Below, piece after piece: positions 38,338-48,269 of a DNA stretch of 64,000 nucleotides. The DNA comes from Nannocystales bacterium (GTDB lineage: Bacteria > Myxococcota_A > Polyangia > Nannocystales > Nannocystaceae), in NCBI GenBank assembly GCA_050633305.1, contig JBOEGF010000005.1, forward strand, positions 288,001 through 352,000, written 5' to 3'. Each line of letters begins with the position of its first letter. Positions within the stretch are counted from its first letter, which is position 1. A program made the translations under genes and the position numbers. The notes under the pieces were generated by a model, which saw only the letters and a program-made list of their open reading frames with translations, searched no databases and was not told the DNA's origin.

Positions 38338-40260
38338 ATGATCGAGGCTCTTGCGATCACAACGGGGTCGATCGTGCTCGGTGTCGGGCTGGGCGTGCTG
38401 ACCCGTCGAAAGTCGGGGGGGTTTGGCGCGCTTCGAGTGTTCGCGGTGGCTGCCGTCGCCACTGCGGTGGCGCTGCAGATGCTCCCCGAGGCGCTCTCGG
38501 AAATGGGAGGGACGGCGTTGCTTGTCTTCGGCGGCGCGATTGTGTTCCCCGGACTGCTCTCGCCAGTCCTGCGACGACTCCGCGGGTCCGATACCACCAG
38601 CCACTCTCTTAGCGCGGACCTCGGTTTTCTCGGTTTCATCGCACACCAGGTCGCTGAAGGGGTCGCGCTAGGCTCGTTCTCCACCGACGCTCATGCCGAC
38701 CACGGACACGAGGGGCTTGTCCTGGCTGTGGCTGCCCACACTGTTCCGCTTACCGCATTGCTCATCGCTGAAGCGCTCGCCCACCGTACGCGGCGGGTCG
38801 CGATGGGGCGGGCCGCCGCGCTTGTGCTCGCAACGAGTCTGGGGTTTGCGCTGGCTGATTTGCTGCACGATGTGCTTCCCCACGCGTTGCATTCGTGGCT
38901 GACCGCCGGCGTCGCAGGCGTGCTTGTCCACATCCTTTTTCATGACCACGGCGAAGACGGTCCCCGAACGCTGCGGCGTAAAGCGCTGGAGTCCGTGGCC
39001 GTGGTTGCGGGCATCGCGTTGCCGATCGTCGCCGCGTCGGCAACCGGGCGGGGTATCCAGCGTTCGGTCACCGATGCGTTCCTTGAGCTCACGCTGGAGA
39101 CTGCGCCGATGCTGCTGCTCGGGCTCAGTCTCGGCGCGTTACTCCAGCTGCTTGGCAGCAAGATCCCGCAGCGGTTCTTGACCAGCGGCGGTGCTCTCCG
39201 CCAGGCGATTCGAGGTGTTGCAGTGGGGGCCCCCCTACCTTTGTGTGCGTGCGGTGTGTTGCCCGTCGCCGAATCGCTGCGCAAGCGAGGAGCAGGTCCG
39301 GCGCTGGTGATCGCGTTCCTCGTCGCGACTCCGGAGTTGGGTCCCGAAACGCTCACGCTCACGCTGCGTTTCATGGGGGGCCCGTACGCGGTTGTTCGGG
39401 TCGTCGCCGCCTTGGCGCTCGCGCTCTTCGCAGGACTGTGGTTCAGCCGCCTGGTCCGCTCGGGCGCCGACGAGGATTCCGCTTCCGTGAGTCCGTCACC
39501 GCCGCCACCCACCCGGGGAGCTGCGATTCGAGTGCTCGGCCACTTCGACGAGTTACTCCTTCATGTTGGGCCGTGGGCGTTCGTCGGCCTTTGGGCCGCC
39601 GCGTTCGTTCAAGTCTCCCTGCCCCAGGGGTCCCTCGCGCAAACGACCGCTGGCGGTCTCGACATATGGTTGGTGGCCGCGGTCGCGATGCCAGCGTACG
39701 TGTGCGCGGCCTCGGCGACACCGGTCGCCGCGGTCCTGCTGCTCAAGGGCATTTCGCCTGGGGCCATCTTGGTCGGGCTCTTGCTCGGACCGGCGACCAA
39801 TGTCGCAACAGTGGGCGTCCTCAGGAAAGCATATGGGGGGCGGAACGTCCTCTTTGGTGTGCTGGGCATCGCGCTCGCGACCATCGGAATGGGGTACGGC
39901 GTCAACGCTTTGGAGGTCCCGATCACGCTGCCGACTCGCCTCGATGGGGACCACGCCCATGGTGTACTCGCGCGGGCAAGCACGGTCTTCCTGGCGCTCG
40001 CCTTCTGCCGCCAGCTTTGGCGAGGGGGTCTAGGGCCATGGCTCGAGATTCTCGGCGGCCATCACCACCATCATCATCATCAGGGGGAACACGGGCACGA
40101 CCACACGCCCTGTCACGGCCACGAGCAGGGGCACTCGGATGACGACGGTCGCGATTCCGGGCATGGGCATGCCCACGAGCATCCGGATGAGCATGGTCGC
40201 GATTCCGAGCACGGTTGCGATTCCGAACATCTTCACGACTCGGAGTCTCGGGACTCCTAG
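38338..40260 (+). CDS. Metal permease: ZIP-like N-terminal half fused to ArsP/DUF318 permease, His-rich tail
   Basis: HQVAEGVALG and AVAAHTVP (ZIP-like TM4/5); PLPLCACGVLP, FLVATPE, YVCAASATP, GPATN (ArsP-like); HHHHHH...HG tail. Confidence 0.82.
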   Translation: MIEALAITTGSIVLGVGLGVLTRRKSGGFGALRVFAVAAVATAVALQMLPEALSEMGGTALLVFGGAIVFPGLLSPVLRRLRGSDTTSHSLSADLGFLGFIAHQVAEGVALGSFSTDAHADHGHEGLVLAVAAHTVPLTALLIAEALAHRTRRVAMGRAAALVLATSLGFALADLLHDVLPHALHSWLTAGVAGVLVHILFHDHGEDGPRTLRRKALESVAVVAGIALPIVAASATGRGIQRSVTDAFLELTLETAPMLLLGLSLGALLQLLGSKIPQRFLTSGGALRQAIRGVAVGAPLPLCACGVLPVAESLRKRGAGPALVIAFLVATPELGPETLTLTLRFMGGPYAVVRVVAALALALFAGLWFSRLVRSGADEDSASVSPSPPPPTRGAAIRVLGHFDELLLHVGPWAFVGLWAAAFVQVSLPQGSLAQTTAGGLDIWLVAAVAMPAYVCAASATPVAAVLLLKGISPGAILVGLLLGPATNVATVGVLRKAYGGRNVLFGVLGIALATIGMGYGVNALEVPITLPTRLDGDHAHGVLARASTVFLALAFCRQLWRGGLGPWLEILGGHHHHHHHQGEHGHDHTPCHGHEQGHSDDDGRDSGHGHAHEHPDEHGRDSEHGCDSEHLHDSESRDS

Positions 40261-40351
40261 AGACTCGACGTCGGCGCACATCACCACGACTGGGTGGGCG
40301 GGTGTGGGTCCAGTTCCGGCCCGGGATCCGTTATCATGGGCGTGGGTCGAG

Positions 40352-41599
40352 ATGCGTCTGGGCGAAGTGCAGTCGAGGAGTGGGCGAATCGAGGTGACCT
40401 CGGTTGTCTGCTTTGCGTTTGCCGACATGGCCGCGATCCGGTCGTTACAAACCGAGATCCCCGGCGATCACGTTCAGCTGGTGCCCGGAATCGACCGCGA
40501 CCTCGAGGGTCTGGCCGTGCAGCTGCTCAGCGACACCCCGGCGGTCATCGTGGTGGTGCACTCGGCCGACCTCACCGCTCAGCGCCTCGAAGACGTGCTC
40601 GCGACATTCAGCAAGCTGCGCGGTCGCAACCATCGGCTGTGTGTCGTGGAGTTCGATCGGACAGCGCCTGCCGGGTTCTTGGGTGGGGTTGGCGAGGCGG
40701 TGGACAGCATGCGGGGCCGAAGCGCGCCCGCTCCGGCGGCGAGTCGTTCGAGCACGGCGCGCAGGGGGCCACCGACTGCAGTGGCGTCGGCACGGGTTGA
40801 GTCCCGGCCAACCTCGGTCGAAGTCGAGGAGCCGCCTTCAGAAGTCTCCGATGCGTCTTTGCCGATCGTGTCACAGACCACCAGCGAGGATGTGCTCTCC
40901 ACGACGAGCCCTGGGCCTTCGGAGAGCGGCGCGACGTTTCCCGACTTGCGACCGTCGATCTCCAACGTGCGCCGCGGGCAAGCGGCGCGTGCACGGCGCC
41001 GTGCGGTGTGGCGCCGAGGGACGGTCACGGCCCTCCTCATCGGGGTGGGTTCGTTGGCCTTGGTGGCCTGGTTCGCCGGGCTTGGTGGTTCCTCTCCCCT
41101 GGCCGAGGACCGGGCCGAACATTCGTCGACGGCCGGCGCGACAGTGCCCGTCCGCAAAACATCTATGGCGCCCAAGCCGTCGCGCCGGGCCGACTCCACT
41201 CGCCCCACGTCGGTGAATCCTCGAAGCGTTCCGGCTGCGCCCGCCGATGAGCTGGCGGCGGAGTCACGACGGGTCGCCGCCGCCCTCGATGCGAAGCAGA
41301 TTCACGCCCTCGATGCGCTCCTCATCCGAACTTCGACTCGAGATCCAGAGTCGTTCGCCGACGCCCGAAAACGGTGCGGGAGACTCGATGTCGCGAGCTT
41401 GGGAGGCTGGCGTCTACCGTCGTTGGACGAGTTACGGACCCTCCGGCGGGCCCGGATGCTCCGCGAAGGCGAGTACTGGAGCAGCGCTCGGGTGGGCGGC
41501 ATTTCGCAGTTCACACTTTCACGCGATGTGACGCGACCCCAAGAGCGCGAACGAAGCGATCTCGAGCACGTGAAGACGCTTTGCGTTCGGCAGCGCTGA
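40352..41599 (+). CDS. Single-pass membrane protein: N-terminal alpha/beta domain, linker, TM, C-terminal DUF1566(Lcl)-like domain
   Basis: TM TVTALLIGVGSLALVAWFAGL preceded by an Arg-rich stretch. C-terminal SFADARKRC...GGWRLPSLDEL...EYWSS...LCVR. Start uncertain. Confidence 0.7.
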   Translation: MRLGEVQSRSGRIEVTSVVCFAFADMAAIRSLQTEIPGDHVQLVPGIDRDLEGLAVQLLSDTPAVIVVVHSADLTAQRLEDVLATFSKLRGRNHRLCVVEFDRTAPAGFLGGVGEAVDSMRGRSAPAPAASRSSTARRGPPTAVASARVESRPTSVEVEEPPSEVSDASLPIVSQTTSEDVLSTTSPGPSESGATFPDLRPSISNVRRGQAARARRRAVWRRGTVTALLIGVGSLALVAWFAGLGGSSPLAEDRAEHSSTAGATVPVRKTSMAPKPSRRADSTRPTSVNPRSVPAAPADELAAESRRVAAALDAKQIHALDALLIRTSTRDPESFADARKRCGRLDVASLGGWRLPSLDELRTLRRARMLREGEYWSSARVGGISQFTLSRDVTRPQERERSDLEHVKTLCVRQR

Positions 41600-41733
41600 C
41601 CGACGCTTTGCGTCACTGCGGTGACAAAAATCGATACTCTTTGCGGTCCTTTGGCCGTCGCGATGGTGCGGAAACGAGCGCGGAATCGGGCAACCCATCG
41701 GAATGACACGGCCTGGACTCCGGGACCCTGGTT

Positions 41734-41750
41734 TGGAATCAACCTTGCGA
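41734..41750 (+). promoter_or_regulatory. Putative sigma54 (-24/-12) promoter
   Basis: TGGAATCAACCTTGCG with GG(41735-6)-N10-GC(41747-8) and TTGC. No CDS start lies before the terminator at 41931. Confidence 0.5.
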
Positions 41751-41759
41751 TAGACGTGG

Positions 41760-41976
41760 GTGCGCGTTGAAGCGAGCGCGCGACGAGCGGATGAAGCTTC
41801 GGAACTCACAGCGTTAGGTCGATGGGGATGCGCGAGGGACAATCGTGGAGCATCGACAGGCCCGTGCCGTCTGGGGGGACAGGTACGGAGCCGCGCTGAG
41901 GGGGCCGGAGGTTTGGCTGTCTTGTTCGGGGCACGCCCCGCGCCATGAAAGGCGCGGGGACGTGTCTCTTTCTTTT
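41760..41976 (+). ncRNA. Candidate structured sRNA (about 215 nt)
   Basis: Lies between the sigma54-like promoter and a strong terminator. Consecutive hairpins, 8 GGA motifs in 41789-41909, and no convincing ORF. Confidence 0.45.
41931..41976 (+). terminator. Rho-independent terminator
   Basis: GCACG-CCCCGCGCC-atgaaa-GGCGCGGGG-a-CGTGT followed by CTCTTTCTTTT. Confidence 0.75.
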
Positions 41977-42036
41977 CCGACGCGGTGGTACGGCGAGGAC
42001 CGGAGCGGGCGTTCGTGACCGCGGTACCCTCGCGCG

Positions 42037-43077
<1,041 letters not shown>

Positions 43078-43087
43078 GCAGGTTGGG

Positions 43088-44296
43088 ATGGAGCGCAACA
43101 TCCGGCTGTACCCGCTGTATCAGGCAGCGCGTTCGAGTGCCTTTTGGCTTCCGGTGTTCATCCTGTACTTCTCGTCTCGCTTCGATGCGGCTGAGGTCTT
43201 GCAACTGGAGGCGATCTACTACGCCTCGGTTGTGTTGATGGAGGTGCCGTCGGGGTACCTCTCGGATCGCATCGGCCGCAGACCCACACTGTTGTTGGCC
43301 GCGGTCTCGTGGATGGTGGGCTACGCAGCTTTGGCGTTCGGCGGTGCATGGTGGGTATTCGCGGCAGGACAAGTCGCCATCGCGGCGGGGATGGCCTTCA
43401 ACTCCGGGACCGACAGCGCGCTTGTGTTCGACTCGCTGTCGGCGCTCGGGCGAGCGCGTGACGTCGCTGCGGTCGAGGGGAGGGCACAGTCGTGGGCTGC
43501 GACCTCGATGGCTGTCGCTGCGCTTGCCGGCGGGCTACTCGCCTCGGTTGATCTCAGGCTCGGCCACGCTTTGTCTGCGGTCGGGTCCGCAGCGGCTTTC
43601 GCCTTCGCGATGTTCATCCAAGAGCCTCCGCGGGTCGCGAACGCGCAACGGCCGTGGACACAGCTTCGGGGCGTCGTGACGTCTTTGCGAGATCCCGCGC
43701 TGCGATGGTTGTTTGCGTTTTCCATCGCCATGACGGTGTTCAACCACGTGCCGTATGAGTTGGCCCAGCCCTACCTGAGCCTCGTCCTTTCAGAGCTTGG
43801 CGTTCGCGGATTCACGCCGGCCGCCTCAGGCCTGATGATGTTCATGATGATGGGCGCTGCCGCGGTGGCGAGTCGGTTCTCGGAGCCGGCCTCCCGTCGC
43901 GTCGGTGTTGCGCCGGTGTTGCTCGGGGCCATGGTGGTGCAGGGCATCGTGATCGCGGGGCTTGCCGCTGTCGTTCATCCCGTCATCGTGATCTTGCTGC
44001 TGCTTCGCTCCGTCCCAGGGGCTCTATCGCGTCCGCTCGAACTCCAATGCGTGTTGCCCAAGGTGGGGGCGCACCAGCGCGCAACCTACCTGTCGGTGCA
44101 GAGTTTGGCCGGGCGGTTGGCGTTCACCGGGGCGTTGACGCTCGGCTCGGGCATGGTCGGTTCGCTCGAGGACCTTGGTCCTGCGGCGATCTCGCGTCTC
44201 GCGGGTGGGGCCGGGCTCGCGTTGCTCATCGCGGTGGCCATTCTCGCGTGGACCCGACGAGCGGTTGGCCTTGGGGACGGTGACTCGAGCGCGTGA
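43088..44296 (+). CDS. MFS transporter
   Basis: EVPSGYLSDRIGRR, SGTDSALVFDSL, RATYLS and 12 TM. Confidence 0.9.
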   Translation: MERNIRLYPLYQAARSSAFWLPVFILYFSSRFDAAEVLQLEAIYYASVVLMEVPSGYLSDRIGRRPTLLLAAVSWMVGYAALAFGGAWWVFAAGQVAIAAGMAFNSGTDSALVFDSLSALGRARDVAAVEGRAQSWAATSMAVAALAGGLLASVDLRLGHALSAVGSAAAFAFAMFIQEPPRVANAQRPWTQLRGVVTSLRDPALRWLFAFSIAMTVFNHVPYELAQPYLSLVLSELGVRGFTPAASGLMMFMMMGAAAVASRFSEPASRRVGVAPVLLGAMVVQGIVIAGLAAVVHPVIVILLLLRSVPGALSRPLELQCVLPKVGAHQRATYLSVQSLAGRLAFTGALTLGSGMVGSLEDLGPAAISRLAGGAGLALLIAVAILAWTRRAVGLGDGDSSA

Positions 44297-44360
44297 GGAA
44301 AAGCCCGGCCTTTTGGACACGTTTTGGGACGCCTCCGGACACCAAGTCTCGTAAAGACGA

Positions 44361-45056
44361 ATGAAGGATCCAGCTAGCTCGGCAATACATGTCGTGGGAC
44401 CCTCATGCTCTCCCGTGGACGAACACCTCGACGCAGCCGCGCTGTATCGCGCTCACGCCCAGTTCGTCGCTCGATTCCTAATGCGAATCGGAGCGTCGGG
44501 GGAAGACGTGTCTGATCTGGTCCAAGAGGTGTTCCTCGTCGCGCATCGGCGCGGGGGGTTCACAATGGGACGCGCGAAGCCGACGACGTGGCTCGCCGAG
44601 ATTGCGTTTCGCGTGGCGTCCGACCGCCGCAAGAAGGCACGGCGTCGCCTCGAGGACTCCAACGCGGAGGTGGTGGCCCTTGCGCCAGCGGTCCCAGCGT
44701 CCGCTTCACCGGGCCAGAAGGCCGAGGCTCGTCAGGCGCTGGCTCGGGTTCAGCGGGTACTCGATACCCTCACGCCGGAGAAGCGCGCCGTTTTCGTGCT
44801 CTACGAGCTCGAAGGTCAGGCTTGCGACGCGATCGCGACGGCGCTCGACGTCCCGGTTGGTACGGTCTATAGCCGCCTGCACTCTGCACGGCGCGAGTTC
44901 ACCAAGGCCCACGCAGCCCTCGAGGGGTCTGAACAACGCGCGCGTGCGCCTATCCCCACCCAAGCTGCGGCTGCGGCCGCCGCGAGGAACGACGCGGATG
45001 GTGACGTTGGGGCGAAAGCCACGTCGCACACGGCCGTTGTCGGAATGAGTTCATGA
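44361..45056 (+). CDS. ECF RNA polymerase sigma factor
   Basis: DLVQEVFL (region 2), TTWLAEIA, RAVFVLYELEG...IATALDVPVGTVYSRLHSARR (region 4). Confidence 0.93.
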   Translation: MKDPASSAIHVVGPSCSPVDEHLDAAALYRAHAQFVARFLMRIGASGEDVSDLVQEVFLVAHRRGGFTMGRAKPTTWLAEIAFRVASDRRKKARRRLEDSNAEVVALAPAVPASASPGQKAEARQALARVQRVLDTLTPEKRAVFVLYELEGQACDAIATALDVPVGTVYSRLHSARREFTKAHAALEGSEQRARAPIPTQAAAAAAARNDADGDVGAKATSHTAVVGMSS

Positions 45057-45832
45057 TGTCCGATCCTACCCGTCTACTCGATGACCCCGCGATTGGGGCG
45101 AGCCTGCGCGCTGACTTGGCGCAGGCGAAATCCGTCGTGCTCGAGGGTCTCAACACGTCCGCTGGGGCGGCGAGTCTGAGCGCTGCGCTCTCCGGGGAAA
45201 CGGCCGCCACTGCGACAGTTGCGGCGGGCGCTGGCATCAGCAAAGTGCTGGCCCTTGGTGCCGCGGGTGCGGCGACCGTCGGTGCGCTTACGTGGTTCGC
45301 GGTGCGGGACCCCGAGCCGGATCCCGGGCGCGTTGCTGCGCCCGACGTTGTCGCAGTCATCGCAGAGGCCACCGAACCCCCCGCGCCTGCCCAACGCCCA
45401 GAGATGGCGGCCGTGGTCGTGCCTCCGAATCCGCCCGCGGTGCAGAGCCCACCCCCAATCCAGGTCCCAACCGCCCAGCTCCAGACCGACCGAAGTTTGT
45501 CGGAGCCGGAGGTTTCCGAGCTCAAGGCCGTCCCGTCGGCTCGGAAGCGAACTCCAAAAGCGGGCAAACGAGCGGACTACCTGCGAGAAGCCAGGCTCAT
45601 CTCCGACGCTCGTGCCGCACTGAAGACGGACGCCAGCGGTGCGCTCGAGCTTCTCGAGAAGGCACGGTCCGAGTTTCCTCGCGGTCTCCTGGCGGAGGAG
45701 CGCGACGCATTGACCATCCTCAGTCTCGCAAAGCTCGGCCGGTCCGAGCAGGCAAAAGCGTCGGCGAAGCGCTTCCTCGGGAAACACGACAAAAGCCCGT
45801 ATGCGGCGGCGGTCCGCCAGGTGCTCGACTAG
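45053..45832 (+). CDS. Putative anti-sigma factor (TM, Pro-rich linker, C-terminal TPR-like helical domain)
   Basis: ATGA overlap with the sigma gene, DPTRLLD N-terminus, TM, EARLISDARAAL...FPRGLLAEER...SPY. Confidence 0.75.
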   Translation: MMSDPTRLLDDPAIGASLRADLAQAKSVVLEGLNTSAGAASLSAALSGETAATATVAAGAGISKVLALGAAGAATVGALTWFAVRDPEPDPGRVAAPDVVAVIAEATEPPAPAQRPEMAAVVVPPNPPAVQSPPPIQVPTAQLQTDRSLSEPEVSELKAVPSARKRTPKAGKRADYLREARLISDARAALKTDASGALELLEKARSEFPRGLLAEERDALTILSLAKLGRSEQAKASAKRFLGKHDKSPYAAAVRQVLD

Positions 45833-46206
45833 GGGCCGTCCCCCAATTCGATGAAACGGCCATCGCGGCACCCCCAGAGCCCATGCCGTCGTTCGTCATC
45901 GGTTGCTTGCGCCCGACAAGCGCCCTCTTCATGCCTTGGCCTGGACTCTGCTGACACCCCTCTGACCATTCCACCGAGTTGGGGACGGACCCTGGAGCAC
46001 ACGCTTCCATCAGCCCCGACCTGGCTCTTGGTGTCGGGGTCTCAGTACGCGCGGACTGACATCTCATGACGTTGTCGTACCGTGCGGCAGATCTGCCCGA
46101 CCGATGAGTGGCCTGCGACACTGTGCTGTGTCGAACGTGGGGTAGCGCTGTAACTGAAGTCGCTGTCTCATCGCAGATGGCGCCGATCCTCTGCTAGGCT
46201 CCGCCC

Positions 46207-47427
46207 ATGGAGTTGAGCTGGCATCGCGCGTTGTGTTGCGTCGCGCTCATCTCAGGCTGTCAGGTTCGCGGACTCGTCGGCTCCAACGAGAGCGCCGATG
46301 ACTCCGGAGGTTCCGCGGTGGTGTCCGCTGGAATGGAAGGTGGCGGACACGGTGCTGATACTTTCACGTCCGGTCCTGAGGGCGGGAGTGGGGGGCAAAG
46401 CGCGAGTGGAACCCGCGGTAGTACGGGGGCCGAATCCGACGATGCCGCCTCGTCTTCGGGGGACCTGCTGCCCCGTCTCGACGTGGCGCCCGGCGACGAC
46501 AACGAAGTGTGTGCGCCACCTTCGTTCCCTTCCTGCGACAGCGTCGGTCACGGTGACCTCAAGTGGCAGCGGGCCATCGGGTTGTGCGAGGGCGACAGCC
46601 ACGCGGTGTACTCCCAGACGACGCGACCCGGAGCGGTGTCGATCGTCAACGGTCGACTTGGCGGACGGAAGAGCCCGTTCTTCCCCCGCGAGGGGCAGAG
46701 CATGGTGGTGCTATCGACGGGCGACGCTTCCGAGTTGAAGCTGACTCCGCAGGAGCTTCACAACAAACACCCGATCGAATGCGAAGACCCGCTGTTCTGT
46801 CCGAGTTCCGATCTCGGCGGCGCACGGCGCGGGGTGTTGCCTGCCCCGATGACGTGGCGTCCGGTTGAGAACGAAGGCGACTGCGCGGAAGACCCGTGGC
46901 TCATCGGGGAAGGCGACTGTTCGAACAGCCTCGCAGGTCCTTGGCTCGGCGGCGATGGTGCGTACGACTATGGCGAGCTCCGTATGCACGCCGAAGTCCC
47001 CCGATTCACGGATGCCCTCGAGTTCGACTTTGCGTTCTTCTCCAGCGAGTACCCCGTGTTCTCGCAGGATGTCGATGTGGCCTACAACGACATGTTCGTG
47101 GCTTGGCTCGAGTCCGAAGCATGGACGGGCAACGTCTCGTTCGACGATTCGCTGCAGCCGATCACTGTCCACAGCGTGTTCATGGACTACCGCAGCCCGA
47201 GCGAGTCCTGCCCGGAATGCGTTGCGCCCGAGCTCGAGGGCTTCGCGATGGAGCATCACGCCGGCACGAAGTGGCTGACGACAAAAGCGCCGGTCATCCC
47301 GGGGGAGACGATCGACCTGGTCTTCGCGATCTTCGACCTCACGGACGCGTCGTTCGACAGCATGGTCTTGCTCGACGGGTTCGAGTGGTCGTGCAGCTCG
47401 AGCCGCCCGATCACAACCGAAGGCTAA
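46207..47427 (+). CDS. Choice-of-anchor L domain lipoprotein
   Basis: LISGC lipobox, G/S linker, VVLSTG, FDFAFFSSEYP...YNDMF, FAIFD..D..FDSMVLLD. Confidence 0.78.
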   Translation: MELSWHRALCCVALISGCQVRGLVGSNESADDSGGSAVVSAGMEGGGHGADTFTSGPEGGSGGQSASGTRGSTGAESDDAASSSGDLLPRLDVAPGDDNEVCAPPSFPSCDSVGHGDLKWQRAIGLCEGDSHAVYSQTTRPGAVSIVNGRLGGRKSPFFPREGQSMVVLSTGDASELKLTPQELHNKHPIECEDPLFCPSSDLGGARRGVLPAPMTWRPVENEGDCAEDPWLIGEGDCSNSLAGPWLGGDGAYDYGELRMHAEVPRFTDALEFDFAFFSSEYPVFSQDVDVAYNDMFVAWLESEAWTGNVSFDDSLQPITVHSVFMDYRSPSESCPECVAPELEGFAMEHHAGTKWLTTKAPVIPGETIDLVFAIFDLTDASFDSMVLLDGFEWSCSSSRPITTEG

Positions 47428-47491
47428 GGGCTCCCCGCCGGTGGGACGAGCCGCCGCGGAAGTCGCGCATTGCGGACGGAAAAATGGGCTC

Positions 47492-47511
47492 AAAAAAAAT
47501 GCCTTCGGCAT
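47492..47511 (-). terminator. Putative Rho-independent terminator (minus strand)
   Basis: Minus strand ATGCC-GAA-GGCAT followed by a T run; the stem is short. Confidence 0.45.
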
Positions 47512-47617
47512 GAAGGAATCCGGGCCCCATGGACATTCATCCAATGTGAGGCCCTGAAGGTTTCACCGCTGCCGGGGATCCCCCCGTCAGTGTCAGTCCA
47601 GACAAGGTCGGCATCCC

Positions 47618-47664
47618 TGGCGCGAGTCACGTCCCCCTAACTTCGTGGCTCGCGCCACTTTTTT
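47618..47664 (+). terminator. Rho-independent terminator (plus strand)
   Basis: 14-bp stem TGGCGCGAGTCACG / CGTGGCTCGCGCCA (one G-U) followed by CTTTTTT. Confidence 0.7.
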
Positions 47665-47670
47665 GGTTCC

Positions 47671-47721
47671 GCGAACAAAGAAGCGCCCGACCTCGGGGAG
47701 GTGGGCGCCGCATTCGTTCGC
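47671..47721 (-). terminator. Terminator hairpin downstream of 47741..48223 gene
   Basis: Minus strand GCGCCC-ACCTC-ccc-GAGGT-c-GGGCGC then TTCTTTGTT, within an outer GCGAAC/GTTCGC arm. Confidence 0.6.
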
Positions 47722-47740
47722 AGGATTGACCTGTCGAGTT

Positions 47741-48223
47741 CTACAGTCCGTCGAGCGGGTTGTCCCCGCCGCCGACATCGATGTTGTCCTCGCGTTTGTT
47801 ACCCGGGTTCACCTTCACCGAGACCTTCGACTTCTTGTCGTCGCTCTGGAACGTGATCCAGGTTTCACCGCTGGCGGACTTGGTCGACTTGAGCCGCTGC
47901 TTGCCGCCGGTCGAGTAGGTGAGCTCGACCGAAAAACCGTCGTCCGTGGATTCGACGTAGACGACCGCCTCGTGCTTCTTCTTGCCCTCGTTGAGCACCA
48001 GCACCAGCTCCTCCCCCGTCTCCATCTTGTGCCCCGGGTGTTGCAACGTCTTGCCGCCGGTCTCGATCTTGAGCTTCACGAACACCTTCTCCGCCGCTGA
48101 AGCGGGGGTGGCGGACGGAGTCAGGACGGGTGCAGCGGACGCGCTCGCGGGGGCGACCGGAGCGGTCAGGAGGGCGGCGAACGCGAGGGTCAGCAGCATG
48201 GCCGGCTTGAGACGGGCTTGCAT
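47741..48223 (-). CDS. Small secreted Lys-rich beta protein, hypothetical
   Basis: Signal peptide MQARLKPAMLLTLAFAALLTAPVAPASA and strong codon bias. Confidence 0.78.
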   Translation of the reverse strand: MQARLKPAMLLTLAFAALLTAPVAPASASAAPVLTPSATPASAAEKVFVKLKIETGGKTLQHPGHKMETGEELVLVLNEGKKKHEAVVYVESTDDGFSVELTYSTGGKQRLKSTKSASGETWITFQSDDKKSKVSVKVNPGNKREDNIDVGGGDNPLDGL

Positions 48224-48269
48224 AGAGAGATATTCACCCTGACCACAGCGAATCGGCAAGGTTCCGTAC

